Positions 35,447 through 43,348 of a DNA stretch of 43,842 nucleotides are shown one piece after another. Source of the stretch: a virus (Duplodnaviria > Caudoviricetes); IMG/VR virus record IMGVR_UViG_3300037422_000119, positions 1 through 43,842 of that record. One strand, given 5' to 3'. The position numbers and the translations under genes are program-made. Numbering within the stretch: position 1 is the stretch's first letter; each line of letters begins with the position of its first letter. Below the pieces are notes generated by a model. It saw only the letters and a list, made by a program, of their open reading frames with translations, did not search any database and was not told the DNA's origin.

Positions 35447-36957
35447 TGGGCCATTTCTCCCACAGGAAGATAAAAGGCGTGCGTTTGTAGGTAAGCGGGA
35501 ACGTGGTGCATGACCCGCCGTGATTGGTTGACGATGACTAGCACTAACCGCTGTTCTTTGGGCATCTCGTGCGCCGTCGGCCACGGCGTTTCTCCGTCAG
35601 TAATGACCACGATAATGTTCGCTTTCCGCCTCGGCTCCTGTGCGGCGGCAATGCCTGCGCGCATGTCGGTCCCGCCGCCGCCCTTGGCGAGATCGAGCGC
35701 GTCCTTCTGCGTCTTGATTTGTCGCTCGGCGTGTACGTCGGCATCGACGGCCAGCGCCCACAACGGCAACGCCGCTGCGCGCGCGAGGCCGACGAGTTCC
35801 GACAGCGCCGCGCCCATGCGGTCGCGGCCCATCGAGCCCGACGTGTCGAGCACGACGACGGCCTTGGGCTCGTCGCCCCGATAGCCGGGCAGGATCGGTG
35901 CCTCGTCGCCCATGGTCATTCGCAAGACTTCGCGCCGCCGCGAAGGCTTTGCGTAGGTCCGGCTCGACGATCCGCGCACCGCTGCCGACGCGCCACGCAA
36001 CGCGGACGCCAGAACGGCACGCGGGTTCATGCGCGCGGGCTTGATCATGTCTCGCGCCCAGTCGAGCAACGCCCCTAGCGATTGATCTCCCCGGGCCGCA
36101 GCGTCTAGAACCGCCACCGCTACTTGACGGCGAGCAAGTTCAGTTTCCTGCGGCGAGCAGTCCGTCGGCGCAGTCGCGTTATTTGCCGTACCGGACATGA
36201 GCCACCCGACGAAACCGCCTCGGAATGGTGCAGCATCACCGCCCACGTTATCGTGTTTCTCGTTGCCCCGACCGCCAGGCGATGTATCCTTACGCAACCG
36301 TGATCCTCTTGAATCTTCTCGACCAGCGCCGGGCTCAGCCTCGCCGTGATCGTTATCCCGGACTCTCCCGCCCACCGCACAATCACCGGCCGAGCCTTCC
36401 TCGCCTTCGTCGTTGCCTTCATTTGTTCCCCCGGATTGGTTCGCATCTTGTTCGAAGCGGCGCAGTAGTTCCTCGACGTACTGCTCCATGAGCATGTTTG
36501 GCTTGAGGTCGAACATGGTCGGGTGCGGAAACCGCAAGCGATTGCCGATCGGCGTGCCCGGCTCGTAGTTTTCGGGCACGGGCCAGCCGAAGTCGTCTAC
36601 GATTTCCATTGCGCCGCACACCGATAGCAGGTGATCGGCGTCCATGATCCCGATTGCCGCCATATCTTGGGCAACGGCTTTGAACCTGGGCGCAACCAAA
36701 GGGCGCAGGCGCGCCCATCGCGCATGTTGCCCGCGCGCCACGGTCTGAATCATCAGCGAAAGCATGGACGGAGCGAATGCCGGACCAAGCGCCTGCACCG
36801 TCCCGGGATCGAAGTTGAGCGTGGCACCGGTCGTGATGCCGATGCCACGACTCGTTTGGTTTTCTTTCATGCGCACGCGCCAGGCGAGCGCACCGAAGTA
36901 CGGGTGCCGCCGCATGACGGCTAGTCGAGCCGCGCCGAGAATCGTGTGGACGTTCAT
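35443..36957 (-). CDS. vWA domain protein with DUF2201-like N-terminal domain
   Basis: HPYFGAL N-terminus, TYAKPSRR, MIDAS DTSGSM, GGGGTD, ITDGETPWP. Confidence 0.88.
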   Translation of the reverse strand: MNVHTILGAARLAVMRRHPYFGALAWRVRMKENQTSRGIGITTGATLNFDPGTVQALGPAFAPSMLSLMIQTVARGQHARWARLRPLVAPRFKAVAQDMAAIGIMDADHLLSVCGAMEIVDDFGWPVPENYEPGTPIGNRLRFPHPTMFDLKPNMLMEQYVEELLRRFEQDANQSGGTNEGNDEGEEGSAGDCAVGGRVRDNDHGEAEPGAGREDSRGSRLRKDTSPGGRGNEKHDNVGGDAAPFRGGFVGWLMSGTANNATAPTDCSPQETELARRQVAVAVLDAAARGDQSLGALLDWARDMIKPARMNPRAVLASALRGASAAVRGSSSRTYAKPSRRREVLRMTMGDEAPILPGYRGDEPKAVVVLDTSGSMGRDRMGAALSELVGLARAAALPLWALAVDADVHAERQIKTQKDALDLAKGGGGTDMRAGIAAAQEPRRKANIIVVITDGETPWPTAHEMPKEQRLVLVIVNQSRRVMHHVPAYLQTHAFYLPVGEMAQ

Positions 36958-37145
36958 TGCGTTGCCCTTTCCCCGAACAACGCGCGACGGATTGCCATCG
37001 CAATCTGGCTCACGCGCACGTTGTCGATCGTGAAGCTATGCGTCAAGTTGCCTGGCGCATCCATCGTGATCAAGACACGGACCTTGCCTACATTGTCGGC
37101 GGTGTTCTTGCGCGGCCGTCCTGGCTTCGTCGGCTGAAACTTCAT
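36954..37145 (-). CDS. Small protein with AT-hook-like motif
   Basis: AAGGAGGT SD; KPGRPRK. Confidence 0.6.
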   Translation of the reverse strand: MKFQPTKPGRPRKNTADNVGKVRVLITMDAPGNLTHSFTIDNVRVSQIAMAIRRALFGERATQ

Positions 37146-37726
37146 GCTGTCACCTCCTTTATAAGCGGAAGCGTGAATGCACCCTTGACTCGCGACAAAG
37201 CCTCGGCGTCTAGCATCTGGTAGACCTTGCTTTGCGCCTTCACTAGCGCGTGAACGGCCACCACGTGCTGCTGCACGTCTTGCAGCAAGTCGAACGCCAC
37301 CGCCGCCTCGAAGGCGTCGTCTGCGAACCGTTGCGCCTGCCGGAGCGCGCGACAGACACGCCCGCGCGCCTGCTTCCACTCTTCTTTTTCGCCCGTGACG
37401 AGGCTCGCAACTTCGGCTCGGAAACGAGAGATTGCGGACTCGACCTTGGCGTGTTCGTCGAGCATGTCCTTCGTGATCGTCGCACGCGCCATGTCGATGA
37501 TCTTGGCCGATTCACTTTCGTCGAATCGGACGATTTTCACGTCACCGCCTGCGCTGCTGATTGCCTCGGGATTCGCGGCCACGAGCCGATCGAGTGGGAT
37601 GATCCAGCACGATAGGTTTACCCGGAACCCAAAGCGCCGCCACCCTCGACTCGGATTGATGTTCCCTGGAAGCCGACTCGGGATGTCGTAAACGACCATC
37701 GCGTACCGCTTGCCGTCGTAAGTCAT
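37142..37726 (-). CDS. Protein with Cas2/VapD/PaaX-like N-terminal domain and helical C-terminus
   Basis: YAMVVYDIP...RRFGFRVNLSCW...VKIVRF follows the Cas2-family pattern hhhYDI...GxxxQxSVF; AAAGGAG SD. Confidence 0.6.
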   Translation of the reverse strand: MTYDGKRYAMVVYDIPSRLPGNINPSRGWRRFGFRVNLSCWIIPLDRLVAANPEAISSAGGDVKIVRFDESESAKIIDMARATITKDMLDEHAKVESAISRFRAEVASLVTGEKEEWKQARGRVCRALRQAQRFADDAFEAAVAFDLLQDVQQHVVAVHALVKAQSKVYQMLDAEALSRVKGAFTLPLIKEVTA

Positions 37727-37777
37727 TGGTCATTTCTCCTTTTGTGGGGGAACGCGCCGAAACGCGATCCTCACGGG

Positions 37778-38974
37778 TTACATGGACTCCGCGAGCACGC
37801 TCGCGGCCAAGACCGGCCGAAAGCGCGCAATGATCGTGGCCACGTCGGCGAGTCCGACACCGGCCGGTTTGTTGCGTCCGAGGTGTTGCGCGGCGGGAGC
37901 GCCGCACTCGATGCCGCCTGCGCCGTTGAACGTGCCATCGATCACGACCCATGCTCGCGCCCACCTCAACGCTTGCTCTTTGTCGGAGTAAGCGTCATTC
38001 GTGGCTGCAAGCGACACGGCCTGAAGCTGCGCAAACGTTCGATCGGGCCGCGCCGGATCGTGTTCGAAGCGCAGCCGCCCGTTTAACAGGTCGTTTGCAT
38101 CGAGTAGGTCGTTGTTCGCCACGTGCGCCGCGAAGTCTGCGCCACGCGGGCCGACCGTTCCGACCGCAATCGTCATTAGATCGACAACGTTGCCAGTCGC
38201 TACGCAGGTTGCTGCCAGTCGCACGGCCGTATGCCACGAGCGCGGCGTGCCGTAGGCGGGCATGACGAACGAATCCCCTACGGCCTCGAACGTGAACCGC
38301 CGCGCAACCTCATCTCCATCCGGGTTCTCGTGCAGCGCCTCGCGGCCCTGTTGCGTGATGAACTGCCGATAAGCGCCCGACGTCATCGCGAAGGCGTCGC
38401 CCCATGCAATCGGATCAACGACCGGGAACTCCATTTCTTCCGGCACCGCGCCGCGTCCGATATAGTCGGCGTGTTCCTCGGGCGTGACCCTAGGGAACGG
38501 GAGCCAAACGATCCGATTTGCCAGCGCGCGCGCTACGTCCTGCGCATCGTCAGCCGATGATAGGGGGTTTGCGGCGGCCATGATCTTGACCCCGGCCGGT
38601 AGTTCGAAGTCGCCCGTCCAGCGATCGTGGATGAATCGCAGCATGGCTTGCTGCGCTTCGCGTTTTGCGTTCGTCAGTTCATCGATAAAGATCATGCCCC
38701 GGCCGGCCTCAATCAACCGACGGAAGCGACGCGGCGGCTCGTAGATCAATCCTTCGGGACGCGGCATCGGCAAGCCCGCCAGATCTTCGGCGAAACATTG
38801 TCCGCCCGTAATGACCGTGTTGAGCGCATCGGGAATACCGAGCGCGCGCACGATCACTTTTTCCGTTTCGGTCTTGCCGCCGCCCGGGTGTCCAATCCAA
38901 ATCGGCGTATGTGTGCCGGGCGTTGCCAGCGTGAGGTACATCAGGCGTGCAGATTCGGTGATCGCTGTGGTCAT
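37778..38974 (-). CDS. MoxR-type AAA+ ATPase
   Basis: Walker A GHPGGGKT, DLAGLP, Walker B IFIDEL, AAANP, ALANR, TPRSW. Confidence 0.92.
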   Translation of the reverse strand: MTTAITESARLMYLTLATPGTHTPIWIGHPGGGKTETEKVIVRALGIPDALNTVITGGQCFAEDLAGLPMPRPEGLIYEPPRRFRRLIEAGRGMIFIDELTNAKREAQQAMLRFIHDRWTGDFELPAGVKIMAAANPLSSADDAQDVARALANRIVWLPFPRVTPEEHADYIGRGAVPEEMEFPVVDPIAWGDAFAMTSGAYRQFITQQGREALHENPDGDEVARRFTFEAVGDSFVMPAYGTPRSWHTAVRLAATCVATGNVVDLMTIAVGTVGPRGADFAAHVANNDLLDANDLLNGRLRFEHDPARPDRTFAQLQAVSLAATNDAYSDKEQALRWARAWVVIDGTFNGAGGIECGAPAAQHLGRNKPAGVGLADVATIIARFRPVLAASVLAESM

Positions 38975-39315
38975 GACTTGTTCTCCTGTTCCCCTTGCGG
39001 GAGTTCGCCGCCGGCGAGCACGTGGCAGGCAAGCCACGCCTCGCACAGTTCGGCTAGTACTTTCCCCACGACCGGCACCGACGTTCGAAGCCGGTCAGCA
39101 TTCTCTGCTTGAAACTGAAGCGCGCGCACGCTATCGGCCGTGAGGTTCCACGTGTCGCCATGCGCGTCGATCATTCGACACGCGAGCGCGGCGCTTGGAT
39201 CAGAACGAGCGCCGAGATAGATGCGCAGACTATGGCGTTGCTCGGCATCGCCCTTTACCCACTCGCTGACCCATTGGTAAGCGAGCGCATCGGTTTTCTT
39301 GAGGCCAGACTTCAT
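38971..39315 (-). CDS. Hypothetical protein
   Basis: GAGG SD; ATGA coupling to neighbours. Confidence 0.6.
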   Translation of the reverse strand: MKSGLKKTDALAYQWVSEWVKGDAEQRHSLRIYLGARSDPSAALACRMIDAHGDTWNLTADSVRALQFQAENADRLRTSVPVVGKVLAELCEAWLACHVLAGGELPQGEQENKS

Positions 39316-39725
39316 GATGACGTTCCTCGCAGAAAGCGCCTCATGCTGGCGGCGACTTCGGCCGGTATCGATAGCTTTTCTGGTGGCCAGAACTTCAGAC
39401 TCGGCTTGCTGTGGAAATGAACTGTTGCGCCGCCCGAAGATGTTTTCGTGATCATCACGGAAACGATATGCGAACACTTGGCGTTGTGGCGTACCTGGTG
39501 AACTAGCACAATGCCGTCGGCCCCGTCGGCCGCGGCCACGAGTTGTTTGACGAAATCATCGAGCGTCATGTCTGGTCGGAACTCCACCAACCGCGCGCTG
39601 TGATCAGTGATCACGTAGCCGGCGGGCGTGATGTCGTCGCCCGAAATCCGAATAAAGTCTTGGGCAGCTTGTATTACGGCCCCCGCCAGCGCGCCGCAAA
39701 CGTCGCGGACTTCTTGTTCAGTCAT
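39312..39725 (-). CDS. Hypothetical protein
   Basis: GGGGGAGG SD; ATGA coupling. Confidence 0.6.
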   Translation of the reverse strand: MTEQEVRDVCGALAGAVIQAAQDFIRISGDDITPAGYVITDHSARLVEFRPDMTLDDFVKQLVAAADGADGIVLVHQVRHNAKCSHIVSVMITKTSSGGATVHFHSKPSLKFWPPEKLSIPAEVAASMRRFLRGTSS

Positions 39726-39994
39726 GGCCTCCCCCTCGGCGGGCAATAATCGTCTGCGTCCAGCGGCTCCGGGCACGCCTCAGCGTGAATGACGCCGCAA
39801 GCTGCGCATGCGCTTTCGGCATAGGCGCGCGCGGCATCGGCTGCATCTTGTTCGCAGCACGACGAGCACGCGCCGCTTTCTTGATCGATGTCGTTGCGAT
39901 CAACCAGCGCGCCGCACGTGCCGCAATGCACGGGGCCGTCGTACTCAAGGTGCCGGTCGATCATGTCTTGCGTGACTCCGGGTGGCAGGCTCAT
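39722..39994 (-). CDS. Cys-rich Zn-finger protein
   Basis: LPPGVTQDMID start; CGTC, CSSC, CAAC. Confidence 0.65.
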   Translation of the reverse strand: MSLPPGVTQDMIDRHLEYDGPVHCGTCGALVDRNDIDQESGACSSCCEQDAADAARAYAESACAACGVIHAEACPEPLDADDYCPPRGRP

Positions 39995-40587
39995 TTGATT
40001 TCTCCTGTGATCCAGTGAAGGCCTTCCTTGAAGCGCACGCCATCGGCGCGTTCAAGTGTGGCCGTCTTGGTGTGAACCTTCACCACGCGCGCCTCGTCGG
40101 CGCACAGGCTTGTTAGGTAGACAATCATTCCGGGTTTGATCCATTCGCGAACCCGCGCTCGCTTGGCTTCGCGAATGCTTTCGGCGTCGCCGGCGACGCG
40201 AACGTTAGCCACGAGGCTGTTCGCTTTGGCGCGCTGTTCGTTGGCTTTCTTCTGGTGATCCCACGCGCGCTCGGTGCGTGCAATCGAACGCGCGCGCTCG
40301 GGGATATGGCCCGGCTGCGTATTGAAAGCCACGTCATTGCGGTAGGGATCGTTACGGCTTTCAAGCGCGGCCGCTTTGCGGTCGTGCCTGTCGGCCCAGT
40401 CATTGAGACGAGCCGCCTTGCGCTCGGCCGCTTCCAAGCGATAGCGCCTAATGTCATCGGGCTTTGTCGGCGCGCACGAAACGCAGAACACGCCAATGCG
40501 CCGCTCGTAGATGACCGACGCGCCCACAGCGATTGCCGCGCCGCATGCCCGGCATTCGCTCGCGTACTTCGTTATGATTGTTCTCAT
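39991..40587 (-). CDS. DUF3560-like protein with N-terminal Zn-ribbon
   Basis: KYASECRACG...FCVSC; RKAARLNDWA...FNTQPGHIPERAR; SH3-like C-terminus VVKVHTKT. Confidence 0.6.
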   Translation of the reverse strand: MRTIITKYASECRACGAAIAVGASVIYERRIGVFCVSCAPTKPDDIRRYRLEAAERKAARLNDWADRHDRKAAALESRNDPYRNDVAFNTQPGHIPERARSIARTERAWDHQKKANEQRAKANSLVANVRVAGDAESIREAKRARVREWIKPGMIVYLTSLCADEARVVKVHTKTATLERADGVRFKEGLHWITGEIK

Positions 40588-40617
40588 TTGAGGTCACGCT
40601 CCCCTGAGTTTCATGGT

Positions 40618-40839
40618 TCATTCTCCTTGGTCCACAACGTCTTCGAGCGGAACATCGTCCGGGATACCTTCGAGGACGCCGATTAGAAGTTCACAAGCGC
40701 GCACAATCAACTTACGTGCCGCCCGCAGTTCATCGTCAGACAGCGGCGTTAGCGCTTCAAGGCATTCGGCGAAGTCATGAACGCAGTCGGTGAAGTCCTG
40801 CGCCGCGTCCTGAAACCTGCAATAACTCGTGTTCGACAT
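40618..40839 (-). CDS. Conserved-type small phage protein
   Basis: AAAGGAG SD; MSNxSYCRF...DFTDC...LSDDE pattern. Confidence 0.65.
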   Translation of the reverse strand: MSNTSYCRFQDAAQDFTDCVHDFAECLEALTPLSDDELRAARKLIVRACELLIGVLEGIPDDVPLEDVVDQGE

Positions 40840-40856
40840 GGGGTTTCTCCTTTGGG

Positions 40857-41297
40857 TTATGGAAGGATGCATCGATTGCGGAACGACGTTGCGCCGCGCT
40901 CGGCGATGATCACGTGGTCGAGCACGTCAATCCCCAAAATCGCTCCGGCTTGCGCCAGCTGTTTCGTGATGGACAAATCCTCGTTAGACGGTTCCGGATC
41001 GCCGCTCGGATGATTGTGCGCAACGATGATGGCGGCGGCTCCGTGCTTCACGGCCGAACGGAACACCTCGCGTGGGTGGACGATCGAGGCGTTGAGGATG
41101 CCAACCGAAACGACTTCTTGACCGATGACCTCGTGGCGCGCGTTGAGCAACAGCGCGACGAACTGTTCGCGATCTTCGTTCCTGAACCTTTTCAGCAAGC
41201 GCACCACGTCATCGGGGCCACTGATCTTTTCTGGCAGCGCTCGGCGGTAGCGGCGCGTCGTCATCTCGCGAACGTAAACAGGGTGCATGTTGTCCAT
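40857..41297 (-). CDS. radC: RadC-like JAB domain protein
   Basis: DREQFVALLLN, SIVHPREVF, AHNHPSGDPEPSNED, LDHVII. Confidence 0.93.
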   Translation of the reverse strand: MDNMHPVYVREMTTRRYRRALPEKISGPDDVVRLLKRFRNEDREQFVALLLNARHEVIGQEVVSVGILNASIVHPREVFRSAVKHGAAAIIVAHNHPSGDPEPSNEDLSITKQLAQAGAILGIDVLDHVIIAERGATSFRNRCILP

Positions 41298-41320
41298 TGG
41301 ATTGCTCCAGGGTTTGGGGT

Positions 41321-41491
41321 TCAACGACCGAATGCGCGATATCGCCACTTGGGGAACCGCCGGACACACTCGACTGGCGCGACCCGCTCCTTGTGGCATA
41401 ACGCGACGAACACGCGATAAGGAATCGCCTTGCGGTTTTTTCGCGCGCAACGCACTACGCGGTCCTCGTACTTCTTGAATGCTGCGGTCAT
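41321..41491 (-). CDS. Small basic protein, first gene of leftward operon
   Basis: AAGGAG SD, ATG 41491. Confidence 0.55.
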   Translation of the reverse strand: MTAAFKKYEDRVVRCARKNRKAIPYRVFVALCHKERVAPVECVRRFPKWRYRAFGR

Positions 41492-41681
41492 CGTTCGGTT
41501 CTCCTTATAAGAGGAAGATTGTTCGTGGTCACGCGAGTCAATGTCCGCGTGCATGGCTTCACGGCAGCACCTCCAATACTGCCCATCCTCGCTTGTCGGC
41601 TTCGCGCTTTCCGTCCCACGGGGCTTGCGCCCTTCGGGCTCATCGCGCTTGGTCCGTCCCGCCCCTCTTTACTTCGACTGA

Positions 41682-41711
41682 AGTTTAGCAGATCTTTCTA
41701 GTAAGTTTCAA
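41682..41711 (-). promoter_or_regulatory. Sigma70-type leftward promoter
   Basis: Minus strand TTGAAA-18 bp-TAAACT with extended TG; AT-rich divergent intergenic region. Confidence 0.7.
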
Positions 41712-41713
41712 GC

Positions 41714-41746
41714 CAAGTATCTTGTTGTGCGGCAATAAGTTACTTG
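41714..41746. promoter_or_regulatory. Imperfect palindrome (operator-like) between divergent operons
   Basis: CAAGTATCTTGTTG-TGCGG-CAATAAGTTACTTG. Confidence 0.55.
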
Positions 41747-41891
41747 TCCTCAAAAGTGCTTGGTGTCCCCACCCCACTCGTTATAGATTGCAAACGGGAC
41801 CTCGAACCGACCAAACGCCCCGTGGGCGGGGGTCGGCGTTGCTGGCGGCCGAAGGCGCGCGCCGGCGGTCGAGTCCGACCAAATCGAAGGG

Positions 41892-42851
41892 ATGGCGCAC
41901 ATGAGCACGGCATTAGAAACGACGAACGACACGGGCAGCATCATGGAACTGGCGACGTTGAGCGATGCGCAGTTTAGCGCGCTCAAGACGACGGTCAGCA
42001 CGGCGCTGGACCGTATCGAAGAACTTAAGGCCTCGATCCTCGACGAGGGCGTAGACTTCGGCGTGATCCCCGGCACGGATCGCCCGACTCTTTACCAGCC
42101 GGGCGCGCAAAAGCTGGCGGCAATCTTTCGCCTCGTGCCGTCATTCGATGTTGCGCGCACGGTGCAAGAACAAAACGGCTCGTTGCTAGTGCATTACATG
42201 GCGAAATGTCGGTTGCATCGGGGCACTACTGCGGGTCCGTGCATTGGCGAGGGCATCGGATCGGCAAACTCGTTTGAGAAAAAGCACCGCTATCGCAAAG
42301 GCGAGCGAGCGTGCCCGACGTGCAAGGCCAGCGGCACACTGCGGCTTACGCGACGCGGCACGCCGAACGAAGGCTTTTGGTGCATACCGGATCGCGGTGG
42401 CTGCGGCGGGAACTTTGAAAAGAATGATCCGGCCGTCACCAAGCAATCGGTGGGCGATGTCGAGAACGTCGATCCGATGGACACCGACAACACGCTGGCG
42501 AAGATGTCGAAAAAGCGCGCATTCGTCGATGCCGTGCTCACGGTCACGATGTCGTCTGGTTTGTTCACGCAAGACCTAGAGGAAACGCAGGAGGCAACCG
42601 GGCACGAACGGCGGGCGGCGATCGAACAGTTCGCGGTGCTGTGTCGCACGAACGGCCTGACGAAGATGGGGGACGTGTTCAAGCTGATTGGCGATCTTGT
42701 CGGTGTCGAGGTCAAGAACTGGAAGGAACTGTCGGATTGGTCGGTGCGTGAAGTGCGCGCGTTGACGCGTAAGGCCGAGGAACACTTCGATGTCATCAAG
42801 TTGAGGGCAGACACGAGCGAGTCAAGCGCGGTAGTGGAGGGTGACGAATAA
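41892..42851 (+). CDS. Putative single-strand annealing / recombination protein with inserted Zn-ribbon
   Basis: GVDFGVIPGTDRPTLYQPGAQKL, EGIGSANS, NTLAKMSKKRAFVDAVL...FTQDLE; start may be 41901. Confidence 0.65.
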   Translation: MAHMSTALETTNDTGSIMELATLSDAQFSALKTTVSTALDRIEELKASILDEGVDFGVIPGTDRPTLYQPGAQKLAAIFRLVPSFDVARTVQEQNGSLLVHYMAKCRLHRGTTAGPCIGEGIGSANSFEKKHRYRKGERACPTCKASGTLRLTRRGTPNEGFWCIPDRGGCGGNFEKNDPAVTKQSVGDVENVDPMDTDNTLAKMSKKRAFVDAVLTVTMSSGLFTQDLEETQEATGHERRAAIEQFAVLCRTNGLTKMGDVFKLIGDLVGVEVKNWKELSDWSVREVRALTRKAEEHFDVIKLRADTSESSAVVEGDE

Positions 42852-43348
42852 TGACGCACCTGCAAGCCATCGAGCACGAGATTCAAACGTTGCTAGACCA
42901 AATCGAGGGGGCGGGCGACGAGCCCGCCCCGCCCGAAGTTATCGAAAGCCTCAAGGCAGCGGTGGCTGAACGCGGTGCCAAGCTTGATCGCATGGGCGCA
43001 TTGATTCTGCGCCTTGAATCCGTTGCCGAGGCGTGTCGCGCAGAGGCCAAGAATCTAACGGCGCGCGCGAAAGCGAAAGAGAATGCAGCGGCGCGCGTAC
43101 GCGCATTGGTGCGAGATGTCATGATCGGGTACGGCCGCGAGCGAATGGAAACAGATACTTTATTGTTCTACCTGGGACCGCCGTCGCGAAGTGTCGTCGT
43201 GCTCGATCCCGACGCTCTGCCGGACGGGCTCGTTGATGTCGTTCGTCGGCCGCGTACGGCAGAACTGCGCGCGCTCCTGGTCGGGGGCGCGATCATCAAC
43301 GGCGCGTTCCTGGAAACTGGCGAGCGGCGGTTGACCATTCGGCGATGA
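42851..43348 (+). CDS. Siphovirus Gp157-like protein
   Basis: Coiled-coil (EAKNLTARAKAKEN), PPSxSVVVLDPDALP...GAFLETGERRLTIR; typical SSAP neighbour. Confidence 0.8.
   Translation: MTHLQAIEHEIQTLLDQIEGAGDEPAPPEVIESLKAAVAERGAKLDRMGALILRLESVAEACRAEAKNLTARAKAKENAAARVRALVRDVMIGYGRERMETDTLLFYLGPPSRSVVVLDPDALPDGLVDVVRRPRTAELRALLVGGAIINGAFLETGERRLTIRR

Noticed and set aside
41602-41625. GTGGGACGGAAAGC on the minus strand resembles c-di-GMP-I/cGAMP (GEMM-I) riboswitch core
   Set aside because: The upstream YAAAC P2 partner strand and the P3 stem could not be found
41622-41648. GATGAG-CCCGAAGGG-CGCAAG on the minus strand resembles a hammerhead core
   Set aside because: Required CUGAUGA and GAAA nucleotides are not intact and stems I/III are not evident
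41860-41882. GGTCGAGTCCGACCA looks like a tRNA T-arm and CCA end
   Set aside because: No cloverleaf upstream; T-loop and stem are non-canonical
34769-41900. CRISPR array near the Cas2-like gene
   Set aside because: No repeat-spacer periodicity seen; the G-rich repeat has no spacers
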